64,000 bases of DNA from a virus. The number at the start of each line of letters is the position of its first letter. The first letter of the stretch is position 1. The position numbers and the translations under genes were made by a program. Shown here one piece after another: positions 37,658-47,298 of this stretch. Under the pieces are notes generated by a model. That model made no database searches, had not been told where the DNA came from, and was given only the letters and a program-made list of their open reading frames with translations. The DNA lies in IMG/VR virus record IMGVR_UViG_3300046171_000155; one strand, 5' to 3'.

Positions 37658-37854
37658 TTTTTCTTACCATTACGATGAATGATCATGGAGTATCTATCTC
37701 CAATCTGTTGCTTGAAGGACACAGTATCTCCCTCTTGCAAGTCAAGTTGCTCAAATAGTTTATTTGGTATCTCAAAGGCAAGATCGCCTTCAAGGACCGT
37801 AGGAACTACTGGGCAGTTGAAAATTTGATTAGTCTTTTTCATCGAAACTGTCAT
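37654..37854 (-). CDS. AbrB/MazE-like small protein
   Basis: GDLAFEIP..L.EQLDL.EGDTV. Confidence 0.6.
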   Translation of the reverse strand: MTVSMKKTNQIFNCPVVPTVLEGDLAFEIPNKLFEQLDLQEGDTVSFKQQIGDRYSMIIHRNGKKK

Positions 37855-38008
37855 TTACTTTCTGAAGTTCTTCTGGAGTGCATACTCCGTTATTTATTAA
37901 AAATATAAGAGTAGACTCTATTCCCTGTTGCTTACCGAATACTTGTCCGACCCTGTAAAAAAAATACAAAAGCGAAACCGCAACTGCAGTATGTATCCAT
38001 GGATCCAT
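37829..38008 (-). CDS. small membrane protein
   Basis: MDPWIHTAVAV..., one TM; GGGAG RBS. Confidence 0.55.
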   Translation of the reverse strand: MDPWIHTAVAVSLLYFFYRVGQVFGKQQGIESTLIFLINNGVCTPEELQKVNDSFDEKD

Positions 38009-38018
38009 GTTACTCTCC

Positions 38019-39413
38019 CTATAGAGTGAAGTCAGCGAATCTTTCTGTATTGACTCGCTGGCCAGTGTTAGAGTTATCAAATGCTGGTCCATTATCTACT
38101 TCTTTATTTAGGGGAGAGTCGTTTTGATCAACATCATATAAACGCATTTTGGCACGGTCAATACCTACGACAAATCTCTGATATGCATTCAAATCATTAT
38201 ATCGGTTTTTCAACTGTTTCACTAAGATCTGGTTGTTTGCCTTGAGTTCGTCGTTGGCGATAAGTGCGAACATGAAGTCGGCGGTTGCGGGTAGTCCAAA
38301 AGACTCGGACGTATCTTCAAGCCCCACGTCATCATTAGTGAAACCAGAACGAGTCGTCTGCGTTGCAGACACGATCGGCACGTCGAATTCCACGGCAAGA
38401 CCACGTAACTCTTCAGCAATAGACTTGATATACGAATACGAGTTAATAGCACCGCCCATTCCTTTCATACGCGCACTGGCGCAGATGTTGAGATAATCAA
38501 TATAGATGATATCGGGGACAAACTGTTTCTTCAGTTTGAGTTCATTAAACAACGCACGGAAGTGGTTCGCGTGTGCACTACCCGTGGGATATTCTTTGAT
38601 GATCAGTTTGCCAGTTGTCTTCTCTGCGATACTCTGAACACGGTTTGAAAACATGTCCTTACTCAGATGTTCCAGCTGGTCTATCGGTACGTTGAGTAGA
38701 TTCGCATCGATCCGTTCTGCGATACGCTCTTCAGCCATCTCCATAGTGATGTAAAGGACATTCTTCCCCTGTGATAAGGCAGCACCAGCACTATGACACA
38801 TGAAGAGAGATTTACCGACACCCGTACCTGCCAGTGCGATGTTGAGGGTTTTATTAGGTAATCCACCCTTAGTGATGCGGTTAAAGTAATCCAGATCGAA
38901 CGAAATGCGTTCTTCATCAAGATGATAAAACTCCCAACGATCGTCGATATTTTCGAGATAGTCGTGACCAATGTTCGTATCAAAAGAGACACCCAACGCT
39001 TTAGATAGAATATCTGGTATCGCATTCTTAGATAATTTTTGATGTTTGCCGTCAAGAATACTTATAGATTCCATGACCGCATTAAACACTGCACGATCTT
39101 GACACCACTTCTCAGTGCGATCAACTAACCAGTCCGAGTCTTCGGCGCTGTAGTTAAAGATGTCAGGTAGTATCTCCATGGCATGGCGATACTGTTCATC
39201 TGTCAAACGATCTTCAGAGTCAATCTCAATCTTGAATGCCTCTAGTGTAGGCAGTCTGTTGAACTTGGCAATGTAAGAGGTGAATTCTTTGAAGAGACCA
39301 TTGTAGGTCCCCTCAAAGTATTCAGGTGAGAGAAAGGCTGCAACCTTTCTCATGTATGAATCGTTAGTCAGTAGATTCCGTAGAATCGTCTGCTGTAGAT
39401 TGATTTCCGTCAT
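38019..39413 (-). CDS. 41: replicative DNA helicase gp41
   Basis: LAGTGVGKSL, MEMAEERIAERIDAN, IDYLNI, SATQTTR and KNRY. Confidence 0.97.
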   Translation of the reverse strand: MTEINLQQTILRNLLTNDSYMRKVAAFLSPEYFEGTYNGLFKEFTSYIAKFNRLPTLEAFKIEIDSEDRLTDEQYRHAMEILPDIFNYSAEDSDWLVDRTEKWCQDRAVFNAVMESISILDGKHQKLSKNAIPDILSKALGVSFDTNIGHDYLENIDDRWEFYHLDEERISFDLDYFNRITKGGLPNKTLNIALAGTGVGKSLFMCHSAGAALSQGKNVLYITMEMAEERIAERIDANLLNVPIDQLEHLSKDMFSNRVQSIAEKTTGKLIIKEYPTGSAHANHFRALFNELKLKKQFVPDIIYIDYLNICASARMKGMGGAINSYSYIKSIAEELRGLAVEFDVPIVSATQTTRSGFTNDDVGLEDTSESFGLPATADFMFALIANDELKANNQILVKQLKNRYNDLNAYQRFVVGIDRAKMRLYDVDQNDSPLNKEVDNGPAFDNSNTGQRVNTERFADFTL

Positions 39414-39711
39414 TTTCTTCCCGTGTAGTAATTGCAGCTTCTAGAATATCTTGCAACACATCTGCCGCAAACTTTTGCATTTCTAAATTCTCAAGCGTGT
39501 TCTCGGGATTCTCACTTTCGATGATATCAAAGTTGAATCGTAACGTTCCCTCTTTACCATCTAGTTGAACGTTATTATATCGAATCGTCACATCTTCAAA
39601 AGGATTTCTCAAGAAACTCACGTTCCAGAATTCATTACCTTGTGTATCATACGCTGAAATTAACTCGTAGTCAAGATGTTCGGATGGTTTATCTAAGTTT
39701 AGTTCTTTCAC
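39364..39711 (-). CDS. gp40-like head vertex assembly chaperone
   Basis: Size and position between uvsX and 41, as in T4. Confidence 0.5.
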   Translation of the reverse strand: MKELNLDKPSEHLDYELISAYDTQGNEFWNVSFLRNPFEDVTIRYNNVQLDGKEGTLRFNFDIIESENPENTLENLEMQKFAADVLQDILEAAITTREENDGNQSTADDSTESTD

Positions 39712-40760
39712 ACTGCCTCCTCAACAATGGTTTCTGCATTGATCACACTGTTGTGACCAATCTTGTAGGTCTTCTGAAGGAACCCAGCAAAGTCTGTTGC
39801 TTCAAAAATAGGTTCCCAGAACTCTGCATTAAGTGTGTCTTTGGTGCGCACCTTGTTACCGACGACTTCACCAGTAGAGGTATCGACACGTTGATACCAA
39901 CCATTAGATGGTTTCACAACGTATCCACCAACGAGTGCAACATCAAGAAGACCGGAGTACTTCTGCACTCCACCTTCCCACGAGACGCCAATCGGAATCT
40001 TTGACTTCTCTTTGACATATCGGGACTTCTCTACATTGATCACAAAGTCATAACCAACGATCTCAGTGCCCTGCTTCTCTTGACGACGACCGATAATCCA
40101 GATGTTGTCTGCAGAGTAATAGATGCCTGTGCCACCACTCACGATATCTTTCGGGAACAAACCGATCTCTTTGTATGTGTGATTGATCGCAATCATTGGG
40201 ATGTTCTTCATCGCAAGATAAGGTGTTGACATGCGGAACAGACCCTTCAGTGCCTTCGCACGAGACATGTCTGCAACACCCTTCTCGTTTAGTGCGTCCT
40301 CTAGTTCTTTCTTAGACGCTAGATTACCAATTGAGTCTATGACAATAATGACATCATCTTCGCGATCTAACTGTTCTAACTGGTTGATCATATCAAACTT
40401 CAGTTCTTCGACATTTGCAATCGGTGTGTGCAACACACGACTGGTATCGATACCGAACTGTTCAAAGTATGACTGCGGCGAACCAAACTCTGAATCATAG
40501 AACAACATAACTGCGTCTGGTTTAGCGTTGAGATATGCACCCGCCATGAGTAAGGCGAATGATGTCTTAAAATGTTTTGATGGTCCAGCGAGGACAGTCA
40601 GTCCAGGCGTCACACCACCATTGACAGATCCCGACAACGCGACATTCACCATCGGAACGTCGGTCGGAACCATGTCTTTCTCTGTGAAGAACTTACTCGT
40701 CGAGAGAGTCGCCGTCTCCTTTATCTTGCTGTTCTTCTTCAGTTTGTCCATTATCGACAT
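39708..40760 (-). CDS. uvsX: UvsX RecA-like recombinase
   Basis: AGPSKHFKT, FYDSEFG, IDSIGNLASKKE and SGGTG. Confidence 0.96.
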   Translation of the reverse strand: MSIMDKLKKNSKIKETATLSTSKFFTEKDMVPTDVPMVNVALSGSVNGGVTPGLTVLAGPSKHFKTSFALLMAGAYLNAKPDAVMLFYDSEFGSPQSYFEQFGIDTSRVLHTPIANVEELKFDMINQLEQLDREDDVIIVIDSIGNLASKKELEDALNEKGVADMSRAKALKGLFRMSTPYLAMKNIPMIAINHTYKEIGLFPKDIVSGGTGIYYSADNIWIIGRRQEKQGTEIVGYDFVINVEKSRYVKEKSKIPIGVSWEGGVQKYSGLLDVALVGGYVVKPSNGWYQRVDTSTGEVVGNKVRTKDTLNAEFWEPIFEATDFAGFLQKTYKIGHNSVINAETIVEEAV

Positions 40761-41682
40761 TCTTTTTGCCTCCAAAATCTACGAATGTAATATTGTTTAC
40801 TTTTTCACGATCATCAAGGTCATATTGTACCCTATAATCGCTATTGATGTCAAGTACTCTTTCAAGAAGATCAAAGGAATGTTCGTTGCCTTCTCGATCT
40901 TCAAATGTAGAAAATCGTAAGAATGCCTTTGTGTCTTTAGGCAGACACGCGCCGCCGAAACCACGCTTACCATCAAAACCTGGAACACGAGTATGGCCCA
41001 TGCCGACACGATCATCTTTACCAGCAGCTCGCACTACAGTGTTGTAGTTGCAACCATACATGTTGATCAGATCATACAACTGATTGAAGAATGTGATCTT
41101 GGTTGATAGGAATGAGTTGATCGTGTATTTTACAAACGATGCCTCGTATGCAGTCATACGGTGATAGTCATTTGACTCACACGCACTAAAGATTTCATAC
41201 ACATCGATGACTTCTGCAACTGACTGAGGAGTGCCACCGATGACATGAAACTTTGCAGAGACGAAATCTGCCTTTGCGTTTTTCTCTGTCAGAAACTCAG
41301 GATTATAGGCAAAACGATCTGCCTGTTCTTTCGTGATCTGTTGATAAATTCTATCAACCGCATCTGGTGTGATAGTTGACTTGATGATTACAAGAGCATC
41401 TGTTTCATGTAAACACTTCAGTGCAGACTCTTCAACAATAGAAGAATTGACAGAACCATCGTCATTCGAAGGTGTCGGTGCGCAGATGAAGAAACAAGTC
41501 GGAGTCTCATCAAGTGTTTTTGATGACAAGTCATCTAGACCTGTGTTATACTTTGGATCAAATAGTGCGAAGTCGACTATAGGATGCGTGAATGCATATT
41601 CTACAGCTTGTCCGACAAATCCATGCCCCACAATACCAATTAAAAACCTTGCGGGTGCGCCGTCCGGCATCATTCTAGACAT
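40693..41682 (-). CDS. ugd: UDP-glucose/GDP-mannose 6-dehydrogenase (short form)
   Basis: GHGFVG, CAPTP, IKST, YNPEFL, K...N and GFGGACLPKD. Confidence 0.85.
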   Translation of the reverse strand: MSRMMPDGAPARFLIGIVGHGFVGQAVEYAFTHPIVDFALFDPKYNTGLDDLSSKTLDETPTCFFICAPTPSNDDGSVNSSIVEESALKCLHETDALVIIKSTITPDAVDRIYQQITKEQADRFAYNPEFLTEKNAKADFVSAKFHVIGGTPQSVAEVIDVYEIFSACESNDYHRMTAYEASFVKYTINSFLSTKITFFNQLYDLINMYGCNYNTVVRAAGKDDRVGMGHTRVPGFDGKRGFGGACLPKDTKAFLRFSTFEDREGNEHSFDLLERVLDINSDYRVQYDLDDREKVNNITFVDFGGKKNVDNGQTEEEQQDKGDGDSLDE

Positions 41683-42623
41683 TAGTCTACCTCGTTATAT
41701 TCTTTGTACCACTCGTAAAATCTTTCAACACCTTCTGCGATACTCACTTTTGGTTGATAACCAAGTGCGCCAAGTTTAGATGTGTCTGACCATGTTTCCT
41801 TGGTGTCTGCCGGATGCTTAGGTGCAAGATTCTTAATTGCTGTCTTACCAGTGTTCTTTTCAATTTCACCAATAAAGTCCATCAACTCGACTTGTTCACC
41901 ACGACCAATGTTAAAGATCTCACCAGACTGGATATCGGTGTTATCTAAGACGACTTCAATACCGTCCAAAATGTCATCAATATAAGTGAAGTCGCGCTTC
42001 ATGTCACCATAATTATACACGGTTATTTCTTTTTCGTCAAGAATGTTCTTAGTGAAATCAAACAATGCCATATCCGGACGGCCCCAAGGACCATAGACTG
42101 TGAAGAAACGCAGACCGACAGTATTGAGACCAGACGACTGCATCTGACACTCGTTCGCCCACTTGGTGTATCCGTATGCGTTCAACTGCTTACCATGTTC
42201 GCGACCTTCCACCCATGGCACCGGAGCGCCAGCATAAATGCATGAAGTTGACGCATAGACGATACGCGTTTTTGGTAAATGCCTTTTACAAACATCAATC
42301 AGGTTCTGCGTCCCATCGATATTATTTGCGTGATAACTCTTCTCTTTACCTAGTGAGTCGCGCACACCTGCCATCGCACCTAAGTGCACGATAGTGTCTG
42401 GTTTAAAATCCCACAAGAGTGCTTCTAACTTGACCTCATCTGTTAGGTCGCATCCCCAAATATCAAGGTTAAAGTGGACCATGCGGTCGCGTTTCAACTT
42501 TGGAGTATATAAGTGGTTGTTAAAATTGTCAATTCCCTTGACCGAAAGACCACGATCCATCAGCCGTTTTGATAACTGAGATCCAATGAATCCAGCGGCA
42601 CCTGTAACTAAAACTCTTTTCAT
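41682..42623 (-). CDS. NAD-dependent epimerase, UDP-glucuronate 4-epimerase type
   Basis: TGAAGFIG, AGVR.S, YGYTK, LRFFTVYGPWGRPDMA and RDFTYIDD. Confidence 0.88.
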   Translation of the reverse strand: MKRVLVTGAAGFIGSQLSKRLMDRGLSVKGIDNFNNHLYTPKLKRDRMVHFNLDIWGCDLTDEVKLEALLWDFKPDTIVHLGAMAGVRDSLGKEKSYHANNIDGTQNLIDVCKRHLPKTRIVYASTSCIYAGAPVPWVEGREHGKQLNAYGYTKWANECQMQSSGLNTVGLRFFTVYGPWGRPDMALFDFTKNILDEKEITVYNYGDMKRDFTYIDDILDGIEVVLDNTDIQSGEIFNIGRGEQVELMDFIGEIEKNTGKTAIKNLAPKHPADTKETWSDTSKLGALGYQPKVSIAEGVERFYEWYKEYNEVD

Positions 42624-42624
42624 T

Positions 42625-43569
42625 TTATCCGTTCCTGTAAATATATTCTAATGCCCTGTCTGCTTCTGCAGTCAGTGGTCTATTTTCATACCAGTTGCCT
42701 GTCTCAAGATCAAACTCGCGACATAGATCTGCAATCTGGTTTGCGGTGATTGGGTATCCTTTAGAGTATGCATTACCCGCAATCGCAATCATTATCTTGT
42801 ACATTTTAAAATACCATCCGGAGTCTGTAATCTGCATATATTGCGCACCCAGCTTACGCGGCCAGAATGGGCAATCACGATAAGAAGACCATCGGTAGTC
42901 GGTGTTATTTAGACCATCTTTACGATACTGTATAACTGCTGCTCGCATCTCAGGTGATAGTCTATCAAGGAAGGTATTGTTCGTTTTCTCATGATAAGGA
43001 TGTTTTGCAATCAACTCAGACGCATTCATGGGGTTGCCACCAGAGTTGACCATAAAGAACGAATACGCGTTGGGATACTGTGCGGGCACGTAGTACATAC
43101 GCGCAAGATCTTTCGTCTGTGGATCACCGAGTTCACCTAGTTCTGTATTGAGTGCATGCCAGAACGCTTTGATACGATTGTTCTCGATCTGTTCGTCGAG
43201 ACGGAATATGATTCGAAATTTTAGATGCTCTTCTGTACTACTCGCTGTGTTGTAGACGACATAGTCATACTGACCATACTTGCGATGTAACCAAGTTCGC
43301 AAAGATTCTACATTAGTGCAACCGTCAATAGGATCATCCACATCAACGCAACACCAAGGAGACCAATATAGAACAGATCGATTACTACGCGTCGTACCCA
43401 CGTCGAACACAGCAGGAGTAAGAAGAGGAGAACTATTGGATCCACCTTTCTCTCCAGGTTTAGTGTAAGAATCACGAAGACACACCACGAAGTCCATCCA
43501 CGACATAAATGTGGTACGACGGTGTGTCTTGTTATCAAACTGGTTTTTGAATAGAGTTAGCTCATACAT
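42625..43569 (-). CDS. primase-polymerase (AEP)-like protein
   Basis: CCVDVDD (DxD), YNTASS..HLKFRI and DPQTKDLARMYY; C-terminal helical domain. Confidence 0.55.
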   Translation of the reverse strand: MYELTLFKNQFDNKTHRRTTFMSWMDFVVCLRDSYTKPGEKGGSNSSPLLTPAVFDVGTTRSNRSVLYWSPWCCVDVDDPIDGCTNVESLRTWLHRKYGQYDYVVYNTASSTEEHLKFRIIFRLDEQIENNRIKAFWHALNTELGELGDPQTKDLARMYYVPAQYPNAYSFFMVNSGGNPMNASELIAKHPYHEKTNNTFLDRLSPEMRAAVIQYRKDGLNNTDYRWSSYRDCPFWPRKLGAQYMQITDSGWYFKMYKIMIAIAGNAYSKGYPITANQIADLCREFDLETGNWYENRPLTAEADRALEYIYRNG

Positions 43570-43575
43570 GCAGAC

Positions 43576-43604
43576 ATTATACCACTAACCAAAGAATACG
43601 TCAA
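43576..43604 (-). promoter_or_regulatory. sigma70 promoter, apparently leaderless
   Basis: TTGACG-17-TATAAT, then 6 nt to ATG. Confidence 0.7.
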
Positions 43605-44463
43605 GGGTAGAGACGCCCTGCTCTTGATAGTTCCAGAGCAGTAGTTCTTTGCGGTTATGTTCGTCCTCACGGTACTTCTTACCGGAGTGCATGGTGTAGG
43701 TTAGATCCCACTCCAACTGATTCCATCCAGTGTATGCTTGCTTGAGTGTTTCGTTAGAGTTGTAGGTGATCATAACCATCGCATCGGTGTTGTCGAGTTC
43801 ATCGTGGAACCGCTTGTGACAAAACGAGTCGTGCATATCCCCGTTGTTACCATAGATGAACGACTTGATGTCGTAAGGTGGGTCCGCAAAGATAAATGTA
43901 TCTTTATCAGCACCTTCTAGAAAATACGAGTAGTCTTCGTTGGTGATCTCCCAGTTGCGCATCAACGCTGAGAACTTGGGCAACTTACCAATCAGTCGAT
44001 GGTTGAATTGCTGAAACACCGCATCTTTTGAAAACGAACCTGTAGACTCACCCAGACCACTAAATGAGCAACGATTCATAACATAGAACTGCCACGCGAT
44101 CTCGAAGGGATCCTCTGCGGTATTCAGACCCTCACGCATGATATGATAATAGTCAAGGTGAGCCTGTAAGGAATCCTCTGCGTCGGAGAGTTCATCTTTG
44201 ACTGCGTGTAGTTTATCCGCAAGGTCTTGGCCGCGACTCTGGAGAGACTTCCAGAAGCAGTACAGATTGTAGTATTTGTCGTTGACTTTGACGGGAATAT
44301 TGGGAAACTTTTTAGTAAACGCAATCGCGCAAGAACCGCCACCTAGAAACATCTCGCGATATTCACGAATATTATCGACGGGCATATTCTGTGACGAGAA
44401 TAAGAAATCAACAGCGCGTGACTTACCGCCTGGATATCGGAGGGGCGTTTTTAAGTTTTTCAT
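43585..44463 (-). CDS. dam: DNA adenine methyltransferase (D12/Dam class)
   Basis: PLRYPGGKSR, E.FLGGGS, NRCSFSG and DPPY. Confidence 0.9.
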   Translation of the reverse strand: MKNLKTPLRYPGGKSRAVDFLFSSQNMPVDNIREYREMFLGGGSCAIAFTKKFPNIPVKVNDKYYNLYCFWKSLQSRGQDLADKLHAVKDELSDAEDSLQAHLDYYHIMREGLNTAEDPFEIAWQFYVMNRCSFSGLGESTGSFSKDAVFQQFNHRLIGKLPKFSALMRNWEITNEDYSYFLEGADKDTFIFADPPYDIKSFIYGNNGDMHDSFCHKRFHDELDNTDAMVMITYNSNETLKQAYTGWNQLEWDLTYTMHSGKKYREDEHNRKELLLWNYQEQGVSTLDVFFG

Positions 44464-44469
44464 GCGTAT

Positions 44470-44498
44470 ATTATACCATAATGATACTTGTTCGTCAA
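44470..44498 (-). promoter_or_regulatory. sigma70 promoter, apparently leaderless
   Basis: TTGACG-17-TATAAT (TG-extended), then 6 nt to ATG. Confidence 0.7.
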
Positions 44499-44731
44499 TC
44501 GAAAAGTTCTTCGAAAGAGGTTACGCCCATAAGTTCGAATATGGGTTCTAAGTCTATCACATCAGGGATTTCTTGAACGGCAGGTGGTGTGTACTTAGAC
44601 CAACAAGAAGGGCACCTCGGTTTACGTTCTGCTATAACGTCCTTTTGTTCTGACCAAGTCAACAGTGATAAACTTACCTTTCTACTGCAGTCGCAACATT
44701 TTTGTTTATAAGGTAACGTTTTTTGTCCCAT
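44495..44731 (-). CDS. small zinc-finger-like protein
   Basis: CCDC...CPSC; GAGG RBS before MGQKT. Confidence 0.55.
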   Translation of the reverse strand: MGQKTLPYKQKCCDCSRKVSLSLLTWSEQKDVIAERKPRCPSCWSKYTPPAVQEIPDVIDLEPIFELMGVTSFEELFD

Positions 44732-44786
44732 ATCAAAATCCTCAATTATTTCGAATCGGGTATCATAGTACATTTTAAAAACAAAG

Positions 44787-47262
44787 TCAACCAAAAAAGT
44801 CCTCAAGAGTTGCTTTCGGCTCTGTTTGCCAACCAACAGCGTCGAGTATCGGCTCAAGCGGGTCGAGGAAAGTCTTGTCAAACATCGTATCATAGTCAAT
44901 GTATTTGTGCAGGTTCAGTTCTGGTGGGAGATTCAGTGGATAACTTACAACGTTCTGACCGAGACCGTTTGGAACTTTGAGATAACAAAACTTGATTTTC
45001 TCTCCCTGCTTCACGGTCTCCACGCGATTCTGAAGTCCGGCATCTTTGATTGCGGCATTGAAACATAGTGCACCACGAACATGGATAGGAGTACCTTTCT
45101 TGAAGATAGTCTTGCGGTCTTGCCACTTAGTCAACTCAGACACACCACGAGGGAAAGACACATCTTCAGGAGGCAGAGTCTTGAAGTAGGAACGGAAGTC
45201 ACGAATATATCCCTTGAGTGTCGGACTCAGTACCCTCCACAATGACGCGGAAGATCTCCTTAAACTTATCGCGGACGACCTGCGGAGTCGAAGACTTGAT
45301 CGCCTCGATGCCCATCATCTTGAGTTTGGGTTCTGCGTACTGGACGCCTTCGTTGTTGTGGACGTTCAGGATGTATCGTTTCTTCGCCATCCAGATCCCA
45401 CGGTCTGCGATCACCTCACGTCCCATCTCCATTCGGTTGACATACGCGCCTGTGACCTCTGCCATCTTTGCATATGATTTATCAAGTGATTTCTCGAAAT
45501 GTTCGCGGCAGATCTTATCTAAGAACTTGACAGGATTGTTGGGACTAAAACGGTCGATAAGATCACCCATTCGAATATAAACGGAGTCTGTGTCAATTGC
45601 CACAACGTAATCTTCATCTGTTTTGAGAATGTTTTGCATCTCATTGTTCACGCACCTCTCTGCCCATTTGATGGCTAACTGACCAGCCATGGTGATAGAC
45701 TCGGCAACACGCTGATCAAAGTACCGAAACCACTTATTACCAAGAGCGCCATAGAGTGAGTTCATTAAGATCTTAATCGCCATCTGTTGGTTGTTAAGTG
45801 ACGTGATCTTATATTGCAGGGACTTGCTTGGGTTCTTTTGATATTCCTGTTCTAACTCCAGCATCTTATTTTTAATGATGCGTCGGTCTGCATAGTATTG
45901 TTCAATGATTGTCGGAATCACACCTTTGCGGTCATGCGAGAATCTGACACCAGTCGGGGAGATCGAGTACTCAGAATCATTCACCGTTCTACCTTCCAAG
46001 AAACTCTCGACAGACACGTCGGGCACAATACCATCGACTACAGTCTCCGGCGACATATTGTACTGCACAATGATGTTAGGATACAGAGAGTTCAGGTCAA
46101 ATGAGGTCACCCAATCATGCGCACCAACTTGAGGTTCTTTAACATACCCGCCAGGATATGGAGTCTTGGGTTTCTCTGTCTTGGGGGGGATCACGATCTT
46201 CTGATTGTTCAACATGCGGTAAATGATCGAGTCCCAGATCGCAGTCGTACCGAGAGTGTCTGTATAGTTGACACCGCCACGATACGCCATAGTGAGTACC
46301 AGAGAGATTAGGTCAAGTTTCTCATCGATCTTGTGCACCAACTCCACGTCTTTGACGTTGTAGTCAATAAACTTCTGGTAGTCCTCTTTATAAAGGGTGT
46401 GTAGGTTTCCGTGTTCTTCATACGAGAGTTTGCTTTCGCCTAGGACGACGTGCGCAACAAAGTCTAACCGATAAGACTCTAATCTTCCGATCGTGTTGAG
46501 GGTAAACTTTTTAAAGACCTCAAGGTAATCAAGATGCTCAACGCCGTCAATAATATACTCTTGGTTTTCTTGTCCATTAATTTTCTGCTTTCTCTCGCGC
46601 ACGAGACCCCAAGGCGACAGACGTTTTACTAACGTGTCGTCACCAAAAAGATTGTAACATCGGTTGACGATGTAAGGGATATCAAAGAATCGTGTGTTCC
46701 ATCCTGTAATAATGTCGGGACTGTAACTCTGCCAGTGTTCCACAAATTTACGGATCAGGTCCATCTCGTTGTCACAACGGATAAACAGAACATCTTCACG
46801 AGAAGGAGTGTAGTCATTGAGTCCCCACACCCAGTAGTTTCCGTCGTTCTTACGAATGGCGATAGAGATGATAGGGTGTTTTGCAGATTCGGGTTCTGGG
46901 AACCCAGAGTCAGAAGCTACCTCGATATCAATATTAACAACGCGAACCTGATCGCGTTCGAATTTAATTTCGTTCGGCCAATATTCGGATATGAATTGAG
47001 CAGTGTAATTATTTTGACCGAAAACCTTGAAGTTAGAAACGTCACGATACTGCTTCGTGAACTCCGTTGCCTCTTTCATGGTCTCGAACTGCATCTCAAC
47101 CATAGACCGGCCATCTAGAGTTCTCCACTCTGAAGGTGAGTCGCCGGAGACATAAAGTTTTGGTTTGAAGGGAACGCGGGTTTTGATCTGTTGACCATTA
47201 TCATATCCGCGATAAAGAATGTTGTTCCCGATGCGGGAAACGTTGGTATAGAATCTAGTCAT
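44787..47262 (-). CDS. 43: family B DNA polymerase gp43 (+1 frameshift near 45212)
   Basis: [31 protein letters not shown] and KKRY; C-terminus continues in 44787-45242 and ends ATLEDFFG. Confidence 0.97.
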
Positions 47263-47269
47263 GTAGGAG

Positions 47270-47298
47270 ATTATATAATAAAAAAAGTTTAATGTCAA
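47270..47298 (-). promoter_or_regulatory. consensus sigma70 promoter of gene 43, apparently leaderless
   Basis: TTGACA-17-TATAAT, then 7 nt (CTCCTAC) to ATG. Confidence 0.75.

Noticed and set aside
37654-37854. Toxin-antitoxin module
   Set aside because: The AbrB/MazE-like gene has no recognisable toxin neighbour.
45199-45242. Split DNA polymerase or programmed frameshift in gene 43
   Set aside because: A single extra base in a short G run restores one frame. Similar one-base breaks occur in gp22, the exonuclease, the peroxidase, the GNAT, the DUF5824-like gene and the FG-GAP gene, which points to sequencing indels. Read-level checking is needed.
4214-47262. Introns or inteins in nrdA, nrdB, gene 41 or gene 43
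   Set aside because: Lengths and motif spacing are normal. The only insertion seen is the glutaredoxin domain in NrdA.
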